IMG/VR virus record: IMGVR_UViG_3300028284_000001
Reading direction: 5' to 3' (one strand)
DNA length: 64,000 bases
Source: a virus
Each line of letters starts with the position of its first letter. Position 1 is the stretch's first letter. The translations under genes were made by a program, and so were the position numbers. Positions 36,402-47,906 of this stretch are shown here, in pieces. The notes below the pieces were generated by a model that searched no databases, was not told the origin of the DNA, and worked only from the letters and a program-made list of their open reading frames with translations.

Positions 36402-39400
36402 CTATTGTACTATGTTTCTACCGTTGGACTGAGTATACCATACTTGTCCAGTTACCGGTAGCGATCTAGTCAATCTAGCAGCTTTAATAGAATTTAAGTT
36501 TTTACCTTTAGGGCTGTATTTAGCAAACACTTCTAAGTCAAATGAAAACTGTTCATCATACTTGTCGAAAATATCTAAGCCAATCTTTTTAGTATATGTT
36601 AAGTTACTATAAGCTAATCTAGCAAATCCTCCAATTCTACCAGTATCTAAATCTTCATTATTTCCAAAGTAATCTGTCATTCTATATTGGAAAACAATGT
36701 CTATTGAAACTGCGTTAGATTCATTATCTTTTTTAGGGTTAATTGATTTTTTACTTCTTCTAGTATCACCACCAACTTTTAAAGTATTAACATTAATTGG
36801 AGACATGAATAGAAATGCACCACAAGATCTACCACCTAATAAATATTGGTCACTTTCTTCAAATGACATTTTAATAGGTCTTCCTAGCGGATCGTTTGGC
36901 GTAATAGCACTTAAACCTCTACCATTATGGTATGCTGTTTGTTGTTTTGATTTCTTAACATCTAATAAAGAATTGTAACCAAAGAAACTAAATAAAGTTG
37001 CTCCTGTAGCAATACTTGCAGTTTTTGGCATAGAAACAACCATGGCCTTACGTGCATTATCTACATTAAAAGAACCTGCATCATTAGCATCTTCCCATAA
37101 ATTCTCTATAACAGGATGATCTTTATGCATATACAAACCTCTATTGTATTGGTATAAACCTATATCTCCTATGCTTGTTCTACTAGCTTTTGTTTCGTCC
37201 CATATTTCAGATGAGCCATAAACAGTTGATCCAGCACCGGCTTCAAAATCACCAGCCCAAATAAAATCGTTTACACCATTAGTAACTGTTAATGTAGTAC
37301 CTGAATTGTAACTCATTTCATGTTCGTAATCTGTAATATCGTCACCGCTAGCAGTTTCAACTGGTTCAATAACATAATGTGGATTTTGATTAGCAACATC
37401 CATAAATCTACTATAAACAAATTGACCTCTTCTCTGTGCTGATTGATATGGAGCATCTCCAGATTCTTCAACATTCGATGTATCTACATTTTGATATAAA
37501 ATAGGTGATAAATCATATTTACCTTCTGTTAAGTAATACGTATCATTTTCTACTTTTCTATCTTTAGCATCTGCATTATTATCATTCGTTTCAATACCGA
37601 AGCCGTTTGTAGACTCGGTTGAATTAGAATCAGAAGATCTATATGCAGCTTTTTCTCTATCTCCAACAAGTCTAGTAATTAATTCTAATTTAGTTGCTTT
37701 ACTATTTTCTAGTTGTAACTTAAATGTTTTGTTTACAATAGCTCCTTTTCTAATAGTTAAATCAGCAACCTCATCTCTATAATATCCTCCAAACAATTGG
37801 ACTGTTTGATTATTACTTACGTTTGTAACTGTACCATCTTCTGAAACAAGCTTAACAATAAGTTCTCCAACTTCAGCTTCAACACTACCTTTAAGAGCTG
37901 CAATCTGAGCTTCGAGTTCCGCAATCTTGTCATATACAGAAATTGGCTTTTGTTCTGGGGATAAGAATCCAGATGCAATATTAGTTGCAATGTGAGCATA
38001 ATAACTTTCGTTAGCTGTAAAAGAATCTCCAACGTGAGTGTAAATACCTTGAGCATTTAATTCTTCCGTCATTCTTACTCTAGCTAATTCAGCTAGGTTA
38101 GCTTCAACTGTTGCAGCAATATCTGTTGTGTCTATTTCTGCTTCTGGGAATCCAACCGTCATAGGCTCTGACCAATCAGACATAATAGGGTTTTGAGGAT
38201 AACCTGCTTCTGAAATAGATTTAACTCTAATTTCTACAGTTTCACCCTGACTAATTGGAATATCTAATTGATTAAAGTTAATCTCTTGACCATCTTCAAC
38301 TTTAGGGTTTTGCCATGTAAATTTAGTAGCAACGCTTCCGTCGGCTGCAACTGTTTTTAATCTAGGTCTTACTTTAGTTTTATATTCGTTCCAATTTGAA
38401 AATACCGCTGTCTTTTCTCTAGCGCCATCTTTAAATTTAAGTTGAGAAGCTTCACCTGATTTACCAGATGTAGATAAGTATCTATATGATACGATAAATT
38501 GTACAACTTCTTGATCGGCAGTATCTGCAACTTGTTTAGCTGTAGGAGTAGCCCAAAAACCTCTAATTCTATATTTAGCTTTTATGTTCTTAACATTAGA
38601 ACTAGAAGAAATACTTTGAATCTGATTTACTACTGAATTAAAAAGTTTTGCTTCAGAAGTTCTTTCTTGAATTAATGAAGATAATTCAGATCTATCTTTA
38701 TCTCTCTGCACTTTAGATTCGTACTTCTTAGTAGAAATCTCTTCACGCTTTTTAGAAATTGTAGAATCTAATTTCTTAACCGCCTCATCAACTGTAATTT
38801 TATCAGCTGATAATTTAGAAATTTTATCTTTAGAATCATTAGCAGTTAAATGCTTATTAATAGCTACTACTTTAAAGTTCTCACCATCTAATACTGGAGC
38901 ATCAGGTGTAACACCGCTTGCTGCAGGAGGAATTGAATCCACTTTAAGAGCTTCAATCATTCTACTGAAATCTGCTACGTTATCTTTATAGTACTCAGCT
39001 AGGGTGATTTGAACACCATCATCTTGAGTAATTAATAATTCGTTTGTGTAATAACCAACACCAGGTGACCAGTTCTCAGCTAATAGCTTTGATTCTGGAT
39101 CTATTGCTTTCATAAACATTAAGACTCTCTCGTTGAATCCACATGGTACCTCAATCTTTAAGTTATTATCTTCGCTCTTATAGATACCAACTATGCCTAC
39201 TCCGTTTACTCCAATTTTAATTGGCTCATAGCCCTCAATCAATCTAAGCTCAACCTGTCTAGCTGAAGAATCCAGCTTGTCAATTACATATCTTGTATTT
39301 CTAGATCCACCATTAACCATTAATTCATCTCCAACGGTTAGTAATTCAGTCTGATCTAAATCTTTAGTTTTATCAGAATATGTTAATTTATCTAATGTAT

Positions 39401-40112
39401 ATAATTTAATAGCTTGTTTTGTAGTAACTCCATCAACTAAAACTTCTCTTTGAGAATTTGAAATTGATATAACATCAAACTTACCAGTGTATTGACCAGT
39501 TCTATATGGCATATCTCTTAACTCTTCGTCAACGATATATGCAATATTATTATTAACAACATCATTAAGTACTGTTAAGTAATTTAAGTTCTCTTGGTTT
39601 CTATAATTGTCATTAAAGAAGTTAACCGCAACATCATTCGTTGAATCAAATATAATTCTTTTAACTAAAACTCTTTCAGTATCATTTGGAACTTGTCCAC
39701 TAACATCAAACGCAGTTTTAAGCATTGGATTTAAGAAATCTTCTGCAAAATAGTTTGGAGATGTTGTAAATAGTACAGGTTTAGAAACTGCTGTAAGGTC
39801 GTTTGCTGGAGTTTTAAGAGAAGATGTAATAATATTTTGATAAGTTCCATCTGGTAACTTAATCTTAGTTGTACCTTTACCTAATCCTGTCAGAGCTTTA
39901 AGATTAGTATCTAATCTTTGCAACTCTTTTTGCATAAATCCAAATCCGGGAATAGACACTATTTTAGTGCCCTCGTCAGTAAGTATTTCTAATGGAATAC
40001 TTTTTTGCTCGGTTGTAACTGCTTCGTTAATTCTTTCAAAAGTTTTTAACGAGTTAGTATTAAGCTCTAAGAGCTTTTTTAAAGAGTTAGAAATAGAGTT
40101 GTTTGTGTTCAT
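36402..40112 (-). CDS. Large virion structural protein (1236 aa) with coiled-coil segments
   Basis: Long ORF in the structural block; FN3-like end EIRVKSISEAG...SDWSEP. Confidence 0.55.
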   Translation of the reverse strand: MNTNNSISNSLKKLLELNTNSLKTFERINEAVTTEQKSIPLEILTDEGTKIVSIPGFGFMQKELQRLDTNLKALTGLGKGTTKIKLPDGTYQNIITSSLKTPANDLTAVSKPVLFTTSPNYFAEDFLNPMLKTAFDVSGQVPNDTERVLVKRIIFDSTNDVAVNFFNDNYRNQENLNYLTVLNDVVNNNIAYIVDEELRDMPYRTGQYTGKFDVISISNSQREVLVDGVTTKQAIKLYTLDKLTYSDKTKDLDQTELLTVGDELMVNGGSRNTRYVIDKLDSSARQVELRLIEGYEPIKIGVNGVGIVGIYKSEDNNLKIEVPCGFNERVLMFMKAIDPESKLLAENWSPGVGYYTNELLITQDDGVQITLAEYYKDNVADFSRMIEALKVDSIPPAASGVTPDAPVLDGENFKVVAINKHLTANDSKDKISKLSADKITVDEAVKKLDSTISKKREEISTKKYESKVQRDKDRSELSSLIQERTSEAKLFNSVVNQIQSISSSSNVKNIKAKYRIRGFWATPTAKQVADTADQEVVQFIVSYRYLSTSGKSGEASQLKFKDGAREKTAVFSNWNEYKTKVRPRLKTVAADGSVATKFTWQNPKVEDGQEINFNQLDIPISQGETVEIRVKSISEAGYPQNPIMSDWSEPMTVGFPEAEIDTTDIAATVEANLAELARVRMTEELNAQGIYTHVGDSFTANESYYAHIATNIASGFLSPEQKPISVYDKIAELEAQIAALKGSVEAEVGELIVKLVSEDGTVTNVSNNQTVQLFGGYYRDEVADLTIRKGAIVNKTFKLQLENSKATKLELITRLVGDREKAAYRSSDSNSTESTNGFGIETNDNNADAKDRKVENDTYYLTEGKYDLSPILYQNVDTSNVEESGDAPYQSAQRRGQFVYSRFMDVANQNPHYVIEPVETASGDDITDYEHEMSYNSGTTLTVTNGVNDFIWAGDFEAGAGSTVYGSSEIWDETKASRTSIGDIGLYQYNRGLYMHKDHPVIENLWEDANDAGSFNVDNARKAMVVSMPKTASIATGATLFSFFGYNSLLDVKKSKQQTAYHNGRGLSAITPNDPLGRPIKMSFEESDQYLLGGRSCGAFLFMSPINVNTLKVGGDTRRSKKSINPKKDNESNAVSIDIVFQYRMTDYFGNNEDLDTGRIGGFARLAYSNLTYTKKIGLDIFDKYDEQFSFDLEVFAKYSPKGKNLNSIKAARLTRSLPVTGQVWYTQSNGRNIVQ

Positions 40113-40113
40113 A

Positions 40114-42054
40114 TTATCTTAAAATATCTGCTTCAAATACATAATTAGATGGATCCATACATACAATTTCAATATAAGGAGTTGTCGTTATCAACTGCGA
40201 TGGGTCGATATTAACAACTGCTTGATTAAAACCTGTAGAAGTACTTGTCCAAATTTTTATATTATTTCCGTTAATGTCAATGTTATCCAGTGCGACTCTA
40301 AATATTTGTCCTTTAGTCCAACCTATCGTAGAATCATCAATGTATATATTAAGATTTCCATTGAAGGGTTGGGCGTCGATTAAGTTTTTTAAACTTAATC
40401 TATTTGAGAACGAAACTAGTTTAGACCAAACACCATAAGTGTTTGCAAACGTTGGGTTAAATATGTTCCCTGATGTCAATTGACCAGATATTGTTTTAGC
40501 AGCAATATCCCATCTAAACACGTCAGAGATAGCATAACCATCGACGGTGTTATTTACTTTTATCTTTCCTGCAATAGATTTATCAACAGTTGTACCTTTA
40601 CCTGCAAAAATTACATCTGTATTATACTGTAATTCTACTGGTATCGTACCATCTATTAACGAATTGATTTTTCCATGTGCATTATTTACAAGCGCTAACA
40701 AAGAGTTTGAATCTTGTAATTGTAGAGAAGAAGCTGTAAAATTATCTTCTAGCTCTATTATTCTTTTTTCTAAAGCAGCTGCTTTCGCAGTAGCTAATAT
40801 TACATTCTCTAAACTATCTAATCTATCTACGACTTTACCATATCTATTATTTGCTTGCAATAATAAATCTGTTGCATTTTCTAATGCAGTAGTAGTGTCC
40901 ATAAAAAGGTCCATTGAGAATGTAGTAAAATCATTTACACTTGTCTCAACACCTACATTATCTAGAGATGAATTAAATTTAAGATTTAACTTTAATGAAT
41001 AAGCATTACCGTTTAAACCTGTAACTTCATTAGGCTTAAATTTAATTTGTTCATGTATTTTTGTACCAGGTCCAGAAGTATCTTGAATATCATCTAAGAT
41101 TAAGATACCATATAGGTTGGTAGATCTATTTGCTGGAATTGACTGACTATATAAATCATAGTAAACTAGAACGGCATTAAATCTAAATTGTTGTCCAGTC
41201 TTAGCAAAGTCTAATAGCGACTTTACATCAGGGTTATTCTGAATTCCTGCATAAGAAGCAGTGTCCCAATCAATAACAACTGAATCCGTAGCGTTTGTTG
41301 CGATATCATAATAAGCACCTGAATTAACTGACCATTCGTCTACGACTGGTGCAAGATTAACATTAGGATCTGGGTGTGTTTGTCCCTCTCTTCCTTCAAT
41401 GTTAGCAGCTTCGCTATCTGTTGGGTATAATTTTGTAGCAGTTGTGTTATACTCCTGTGGCTTAAATAAAACTAATGGAGAGTAACCTACTGATGTTGGT
41501 ACATTAATGTAAACTTCATGATATGTATTACCTTGATAAGCCACATCATTTTCTGCATCAATGCTACCTAAATACTTTACTACTCTATCATAATTAGCAC
41601 CACCTAAAATAGCATTATTATTTTCAGCGTAGGCTCCTGTTGTAGATTCGTTAGAATCTGTAGGTCTAAGCTTTATTGCTCCTAATGCAGACATCCATTT
41701 AAAGAATATCTTCTCAGCATCTGAAGCTAAAATAATTGGATCGTAATCATCATCATGTAGTAGAATCTCTTCCATGTTTAACGCATAGTTCTGAAAAGTC
41801 TGTGCGAAATCAACGTTAGGTGGACCTGCTACATAATCTTGTCCAGAAGCTTGCTTTAAGTTCAGACCAAAGTCTATGGTATTAGAGCCGCTATTAGAAT
41901 CTGTAAAATCTGGTAAGTCTAGTAAAGCGTATTTACTAAATTCAAATTTTAAATCAGAACTATTAAACGCCCTAGTCATGTCCCTTGCCGATGAAGCAAA
42001 AGCATACATTGTGCCACCCTGAGGCTGCGGTATTCTAACTAAAGGAGTTGCCAT
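40114..42054 (-). CDS. Virion structural protein (646 aa)
   Basis: Context between baseplate genes; central coiled coil. Confidence 0.5.
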   Translation of the reverse strand: MATPLVRIPQPQGGTMYAFASSARDMTRAFNSSDLKFEFSKYALLDLPDFTDSNSGSNTIDFGLNLKQASGQDYVAGPPNVDFAQTFQNYALNMEEILLHDDDYDPIILASDAEKIFFKWMSALGAIKLRPTDSNESTTGAYAENNNAILGGANYDRVVKYLGSIDAENDVAYQGNTYHEVYINVPTSVGYSPLVLFKPQEYNTTATKLYPTDSEAANIEGREGQTHPDPNVNLAPVVDEWSVNSGAYYDIATNATDSVVIDWDTASYAGIQNNPDVKSLLDFAKTGQQFRFNAVLVYYDLYSQSIPANRSTNLYGILILDDIQDTSGPGTKIHEQIKFKPNEVTGLNGNAYSLKLNLKFNSSLDNVGVETSVNDFTTFSMDLFMDTTTALENATDLLLQANNRYGKVVDRLDSLENVILATAKAAALEKRIIELEDNFTASSLQLQDSNSLLALVNNAHGKINSLIDGTIPVELQYNTDVIFAGKGTTVDKSIAGKIKVNNTVDGYAISDVFRWDIAAKTISGQLTSGNIFNPTFANTYGVWSKLVSFSNRLSLKNLIDAQPFNGNLNIYIDDSTIGWTKGQIFRVALDNIDINGNNIKIWTSTSTGFNQAVVNIDPSQLITTTPYIEIVCMDPSNYVFEADILR

Positions 42055-42078
42055 CTATTAGGTTTTAATTTAATTCTT

Positions 42079-42642
42079 TTAAGATATAGTACAAGCGAAT
42101 GCGCTGATAATATACCATTTGTTTTCAAAACATCTTAACGTTATCGTTGAGTTTAATCCAGTTAATTCAATGCTAGTTGCACCAAGTGTTACACCTGACG
42201 CAGGGTTCACAGCATAAGCTGCGGCACCGACATTAATTAGAGTTGCCTCTGTTCCATCAACTGCTTGGGGAATTGTAAATATCCCATTAATAAAGTATGA
42301 TCCTTTTGTAATTGCGGATGGTGCTAAATCTGATGCTGGAACTGCTGCGGTTCCTGCTACACCTGTTTTAGCTATCCTAGCACCAAGTGATACGTTGTTA
42401 GAGAATGCTGCTGCAGTACTAACGGCCATACCTGATGTGTTTACTACTAAAAGATTCGTACCATCATTAACTGTTAATGAAGCTGTAGTTGCACTAGCTA
42501 ATCCACTTATTACCGAAGTAGTAGGATTTAATAATGCAATCACAGAAGCTAACTCATCGTTTAATAACTCAAAGTTACTGTTAATAGTTGGTCTTGAAGA
42601 CGATACCGAGTCGGTACCTAAAATTTCTGTAATGTTTGCCAT
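42079..42642 (-). CDS. Short fibre-like virion protein (187 aa)
   Basis: N-terminal ITEILGTDS...INSNF motif shared with the Hint fibre; Ala/Thr/Ser-rich. Confidence 0.55.
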   Translation of the reverse strand: MANITEILGTDSVSSSRPTINSNFELLNDELASVIALLNPTTSVISGLASATTASLTVNDGTNLLVVNTSGMAVSTAAAFSNNVSLGARIAKTGVAGTAAVPASDLAPSAITKGSYFINGIFTIPQAVDGTEATLINVGAAAYAVNPASGVTLGATSIELTGLNSTITLRCFENKWYIISAFACTIS

Positions 42643-42648
42643 TTTAGT

Positions 42649-45402
42649 TTATTTTACTTTTATCATGTTACGTCTTATGACGTTTTTGTTATTATATGTA
42701 TCTTCCGCTTCAAGTTGAATAGAGTAATCTCCAGGCTCCTTGAAAATGTAGGTCAACCACATATTATTATAGTATATATCATTGATTTCTGGGTTACTTA
42801 GATTAGTTATAGTCCATTTAGGATTTTTAGCTCCGGGAAACTTAGAAATGTCAGTCGATATAGTTAAATGTGTAGATCTCTCTACGGTTGCATGGTTTTT
42901 AAATACTTTCGTATCGTCCCATGTTGGATTATATTGTTTTGAGTGAGTAAGGCCACTAACTTGCGCCTGAGACGTAATGTCTGCCTTTACTATTTGTACA
43001 GAATCGAGGTCATAATTCCTAGATAATTCTCTTCCACTACATAATACATAGTGAAACTTATCTAAAATTTGACCGCCGTTATCAAAGTCCTCAAATATAG
43101 GATTAAAATTAAATTTAGTTATTATTGGATCAACACTTGTATTAATGTCAGCAATTATTGCTTGCCATGCACCAAAATCAGCAGCATTAACCGGAGTTGA
43201 AGCCGTGATTGTATGTGATCCTACTGATGTTAAATTTGTAACAGGATTTGTATGAGTTATTCTTAACTCATCGCCTTGTTCAATCCAATCTATTTTAAAA
43301 GAAGCTGCTAAATCGGTACCAACTCTCATTGCGTCCCACCATAAATGTTCTGTATCTTTATATCTAAAAGTAGACTCTTCCCATTGATATGGTCCAGTTG
43401 TTTCAGAATATCCTGTTTCAGAATAAATATCTTTATATCTTCTAACTGTAGAAAACCTAACTCCTTGGTCTGCTTCTAAGTGTATATAGTTTGCCCTATC
43501 TAACGTTAAGTGATAAGGTGCAATATTATCATCCACTTGCATTAAGTTGTCCTGTGCGAAGTCCCAGTAACCACCAGACGCTCCCCAGTCTAAAGTTTTA
43601 GAGTTCCATGTATTACCTACGTTATTAATATCAGTATCTAACCATTTGTACATACCGTATAATTCTAACTCTTTTAATTTAACTTCAAATAAATCTTTTG
43701 TTTTATAGAAAGACATGTGTCCGAATAAATCGTATGTTCTCATTTCTACAGTATAAGATCCAGGGTATGGCAGTCTTAAAGGTAATCTTTTGTAATCATC
43801 GATTGCACCTCTATATTCTTGATGAAAATCATTTGGTCCGTCAATCAGCCATTCAATTTCATATACCCATTTCTTCCACCAATTATCCCACGTTACTTTT
43901 AAATTCGCGTTTGCATCTACAGCATCATCCCAAACAAAAACAGCTTCATCCCATATATCGTCAAATGAAAGAATTCCATCTAATATAACTGGACATCCAA
44001 TTGGGATATTTTCATTATATGAATTTAATTCTCTATCATGGTATGTTGAGTAAAAGGCTGTAATCATGTCTTTAAGCTCAGTTCTCTCTGCGCTAGTTAA
44101 CGTAGACTCTTCACCTGGAAGCATGTTTAAAAATTTATCGTAATTATTTAAAGGATCATTTTGGTTTAATGTAGTTTTTAAAACATTAGAAGTATCTTCA
44201 ATAAATAATTCTCTATCATTTGGAAACACCTCGTACTTGATTCTATTACCTTCAGTAAATAAACCGATTGGGTTTTGAATTTTCCAAACGTTTAAATTCC
44301 TATTTGTAAAATAATCACCTTCACCTGTAATATCAATAATCTTAGCCTCAAGTGGTAGATAGTCTTTTTGTAATCTATTCTTTAAGCCATATAGTTTAAT
44401 AATAACTTCTTCAGGAGTATAATCAAAAGTTTCAGTTACATTAGGAATATCCCATTGGTCAAACGATCCGTTAGGTTCATTTAATCTATAAACTAAACTA
44501 AATCTACTGGTTTTCTTTTTAGTAGAAGAGGGTACTTTAAACTTTAACCTCTTTCTAATCATCTCACCTCTAACCGAAGCATTAGGAACTGGAATTGCAT
44601 GTAGCTTTCCAAAATTGTTTTCGGATTTATCTACATTAATCCAATATTCTTTTAATGTAATTTTATCATAACCGAAAAAGTCTATCGCATTTAAGATAGC
44701 TTTATATGTACCAACAAATGGTTTAATGTTATGTAATTCTAAAAGTAATTCCTTTCTCTTTTGGTTTAATAAAACTTGATCAGGCGCTTGTTCTGAAATA
44801 TCATGTGATTTAAACAACATAAAATCAGAGTCCTGTAATTGATTTCCTAAATTACCTAAAAGAACTTTAAGTCTTTCATCTTCTCCTTCAACTTCACCGT
44901 ATACTTGAATTCTTGCAATTACCTCATCGCCAGCTTTAACAGCCAATATTCTTTTGTGTATACCTTCTACAGTAGAGCTAAGTGCAATATTAACTTGTAT
45001 TGCAACTGGTGTATTTTCGTTTAATACTTTTAAGTAATTAGCATCTTGAGAATTAATAATACTATTATCTGATAATTCTTTAGTTTGAGTTTTATATTCT
45101 TTTATGCTAGACGCAGTTTCGCCTAATGCATAGCCATACATAATAATATCTTCAGATTGATCTAACTTTGTAGCCTCCCACTCAAAAGAAAAATTATTAA
45201 TTGTCCCATCAGGAGATACCGGAGTATTAACGATTGGACCACCACTTAAATCTACACACTCTTCTAGAATAAACAGGTTGACCGTTTCAAAAAGATCTGT
45301 AGATACAATAGGTAAATAGATAGTACCTTCCCAGATGCCATCTACCTTTTCGAATTGTAGCTCGCTTGTTATTCCCTTAAAAAATCTTAAGTTATTCCAC
45401 AT
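42649..45402 (-). CDS. Baseplate wedge protein candidate (gp7-like) with PKD-like domains
   Basis: VGTYKAILNAIDFFGY wedge-type motif; PGSYTVEM and FKEPGDYSIQLEAED PKD-like motifs; follows the gp6-like gene. Confidence 0.5.
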   Translation of the reverse strand: MWNNLRFFKGITSELQFEKVDGIWEGTIYLPIVSTDLFETVNLFILEECVDLSGGPIVNTPVSPDGTINNFSFEWEATKLDQSEDIIMYGYALGETASSIKEYKTQTKELSDNSIINSQDANYLKVLNENTPVAIQVNIALSSTVEGIHKRILAVKAGDEVIARIQVYGEVEGEDERLKVLLGNLGNQLQDSDFMLFKSHDISEQAPDQVLLNQKRKELLLELHNIKPFVGTYKAILNAIDFFGYDKITLKEYWINVDKSENNFGKLHAIPVPNASVRGEMIRKRLKFKVPSSTKKKTSRFSLVYRLNEPNGSFDQWDIPNVTETFDYTPEEVIIKLYGLKNRLQKDYLPLEAKIIDITGEGDYFTNRNLNVWKIQNPIGLFTEGNRIKYEVFPNDRELFIEDTSNVLKTTLNQNDPLNNYDKFLNMLPGEESTLTSAERTELKDMITAFYSTYHDRELNSYNENIPIGCPVILDGILSFDDIWDEAVFVWDDAVDANANLKVTWDNWWKKWVYEIEWLIDGPNDFHQEYRGAIDDYKRLPLRLPYPGSYTVEMRTYDLFGHMSFYKTKDLFEVKLKELELYGMYKWLDTDINNVGNTWNSKTLDWGASGGYWDFAQDNLMQVDDNIAPYHLTLDRANYIHLEADQGVRFSTVRRYKDIYSETGYSETTGPYQWEESTFRYKDTEHLWWDAMRVGTDLAASFKIDWIEQGDELRITHTNPVTNLTSVGSHTITASTPVNAADFGAWQAIIADINTSVDPIITKFNFNPIFEDFDNGGQILDKFHYVLCSGRELSRNYDLDSVQIVKADITSQAQVSGLTHSKQYNPTWDDTKVFKNHATVERSTHLTISTDISKFPGAKNPKWTITNLSNPEINDIYYNNMWLTYIFKEPGDYSIQLEAEDTYNNKNVIRRNMIKVK

Positions 45403-45674
45403 TATCTAGTGAGTTTATTATCTTTTTTAACTGTATAGTTTTTGTAACTTCTTAAAAATCTATTAGCATTAAGTATATTAAGTAAATAGTCATCTAAGAA
45501 TTGAATAAATTCAGATACTACTTTATTTCTTTGTATATGTTTAGATAACATGTTTGCTAGTAAACCTTTAGTCTGATAATTACCAGGACCGTTTAATCTA
45601 ACATCTTGCTTTTCTTTAGCAACATCATATAGCCTCTTTCTTTTATATGTAAATAAGTTTTTATATAATGACAT
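45402..45674 (-). CDS. Small hypothetical baseplate-operon protein
   Basis: Translationally coupled on both sides. Confidence 0.6.
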   Translation of the reverse strand: MSLYKNLFTYKRKRLYDVAKEKQDVRLNGPGNYQTKGLLANMLSKHIQRNKVVSEFIQFLDDYLLNILNANRFLRSYKNYTVKKDNKLTR

Positions 45675-47503
45675 TATTTCAGGGCTTTTCTATTTCCAGC
45701 TTGTACTCTAGTGTAAATAGTTCTAGGCACTGGGTTAGGGTCAAAATTAACTGACATTGCTGCTTCCGCATTTATCAAAGCTGTATCTACGATTTCGTCA
45801 CCGTCACGATCTTGCCATCCACCTCTAAATACTGCAACCTCTTCCTTCTCCATTATTATATCACCCCACTGGTCTAGCCCTGCAACAGTATATGGTATCA
45901 CTGTAGAAGCTTCAACATCAACAGTCTTCACTTCTTCTATTTTCTTAAAGAAGATATATTTTTGTTTACCATTACCTATGTCTTCTAAAACTACAGGCTC
46001 TTGCGGTTGTACTGTTACTGTAACAGATTCATAGTAACCAAGTCTTCTTGCAGTCTCTTCTGTTTCAGAAATAAATCTAATATTAACAGCATCAATTCCC
46101 TCTATCTTTTCTAAGATGTAAATAATATCTGACTTAGGTAGTTTATCTCTTCTTGTTACATTTAACAAATAATCACTTACCTTGGTTCTAACATCGTTAA
46201 AGATTTCTTCTTTACTAAATCCTTCAAAATATCTAATATCAATATCCATGCTATATTTTCTAACTTTAGGTTTAACAAATACAACTTCTGTTGTTACCAT
46301 TTGCTGACCACTAGTTTGAATCACTTGTCCCATTTTGTCATATTCGTTTTGGTCGAAGAACATTTCGTTTTCTGGGATTGAAAAATAATCTTGCCCAGTC
46401 GCTAATTTCTTTTTAACATCTGGCACTGCAAAAATATAGATTACATTATCATCATCTAAATACTCATCTGACGTAGTATTGTAAGCGTCGATGTACGAGA
46501 ATAAACCGTATCTTGATAAGAAGTATTCATAATTATCTGGCGTTGCTAAAACAAAAGATTTTGAAGCAAGAGGCGTCATAATTTTAGTAAATTCTATAGA
46601 CTCTCTGTCAGATCCCATTTTAGGAGACGACGTTACAGTAATATCTAAAAACTCATTTAAGTCATGTGTTACTCCTAATGAATCAGTACCTTCAGCTTCC
46701 CACTTAAATGTAATATCTTGGCCATCGTCTATATTACCAGAATAGCCATCATGTTGTACATATTCTACTTCAATAGTAGATCCTAGTTGTGGAATTGCAC
46801 CAAAAGCTCCATTACCAAAATAAATATCAATACCACCTGAGATACCTGTTTTTACTAAGTAGCCTTTTTCTTTATTTAATAAGTCATATAAAGACTCATG
46901 TTTAGTCCACTTTTCTCCATTGACTGAAACAGCCACTTTTGAATGATCCGATAGTTTTACAGTTTGTAAATTAAATGATTGTAGTTTCTCACCAGTTCCA
47001 GTTACAGTTTGTGTTTCTAAAACACCCTGCATAAGTGGAGCTTTAATCTTAAACATGTTAGTCTTTTCTAATCTAAATCTATCATTTGAAGAAATGGCAG
47101 AATATTTTAAATTGTTTAATTCACATTTAAGTTCTGCGTTTGTTTCTATATTTAAACCAGTTCCTGCAATCTTACCTAGATCAGCACCTGGCTTCCATCT
47201 AAATTCAATTTCACCGGTTGCTGCAAAACCTCTAGTTGCATCATGGCCTGTTAATCTTGACATACCATAAATAGATTCAGGCTGTTGTGCTGTATAAATA
47301 TTTTGCTCAACAACTGAGTCTTCAATATAGAACATAATAAGTTCATACAATTCACCGAATACGTTAATGATCTGAGCAAATGGAGACGCCTCCGTGAATA
47401 AAGTATTGGCACGTTTGTAAACTCTTGTAATATAAGTTCTCGTGTCCTGTTGGATTTGGGTTGCTCTTGCCCTAGTCGTTTCTAAAAAATTTAATTGTGC
47501 CAT
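45674..47503 (-). CDS. Baseplate wedge subunit (T4 gp6 / Baseplate-J-like)
   Basis: EQNIYTAQQPESIYGMSRLTGH, IYFGNGAFGAIP, GSDRESIE and LATPDNYE; follows the gp25-like gene. Confidence 0.8.
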   Translation of the reverse strand: MAQLNFLETTRARATQIQQDTRTYITRVYKRANTLFTEASPFAQIINVFGELYELIMFYIEDSVVEQNIYTAQQPESIYGMSRLTGHDATRGFAATGEIEFRWKPGADLGKIAGTGLNIETNAELKCELNNLKYSAISSNDRFRLEKTNMFKIKAPLMQGVLETQTVTGTGEKLQSFNLQTVKLSDHSKVAVSVNGEKWTKHESLYDLLNKEKGYLVKTGISGGIDIYFGNGAFGAIPQLGSTIEVEYVQHDGYSGNIDDGQDITFKWEAEGTDSLGVTHDLNEFLDITVTSSPKMGSDRESIEFTKIMTPLASKSFVLATPDNYEYFLSRYGLFSYIDAYNTTSDEYLDDDNVIYIFAVPDVKKKLATGQDYFSIPENEMFFDQNEYDKMGQVIQTSGQQMVTTEVVFVKPKVRKYSMDIDIRYFEGFSKEEIFNDVRTKVSDYLLNVTRRDKLPKSDIIYILEKIEGIDAVNIRFISETEETARRLGYYESVTVTVQPQEPVVLEDIGNGKQKYIFFKKIEEVKTVDVEASTVIPYTVAGLDQWGDIIMEKEEVAVFRGGWQDRDGDEIVDTALINAEAAMSVNFDPNPVPRTIYTRVQAGNRKALK

Positions 47504-47519
47504 TTATTATTTATCTCTT

Positions 47520-47876
47520 TTATCTTAGGTTTATTTGTACTAGGTATTTACTATCAACTGTAATATCAATATAAGCAATATCTCTCACTTCACCTCTAAA
47601 GAACTTGACATCTGTTTCTACATTATACTTTACAGCCAATGGACAATATCTAGATATCTGGTCATCAATCGTACTTCTAATTTGATATTCGTTCTGGCCT
47701 AAAGAATAAACCATATCTTCTAGGTTGCATCCAAAGGTTGGAGAACCTAAAACTTCTTGTCTTCTAGTGAACAATATCGTTTCGATCTGAGTCAGTAATT
47801 GCTCAATCTCACCGTTGTTTTGTATTTGTGTCGAATTGTAGTTCGGGTCACCTATGTACTTTATATATAAATCCAT
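47520..47876 (-). CDS. Baseplate wedge subunit gp25-like
   Basis: ILFTRRQEVLGSPTFGCNL pattern; 118 aa. Confidence 0.8.
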   Translation of the reverse strand: MDLYIKYIGDPNYNSTQIQNNGEIEQLLTQIETILFTRRQEVLGSPTFGCNLEDMVYSLGQNEYQIRSTIDDQISRYCPLAVKYNVETDVKFFRGEVRDIAYIDITVDSKYLVQINLR

Positions 47877-47906
47877 TTATATATGTATCTGGCTTTTTAT
47901 GAGTGC

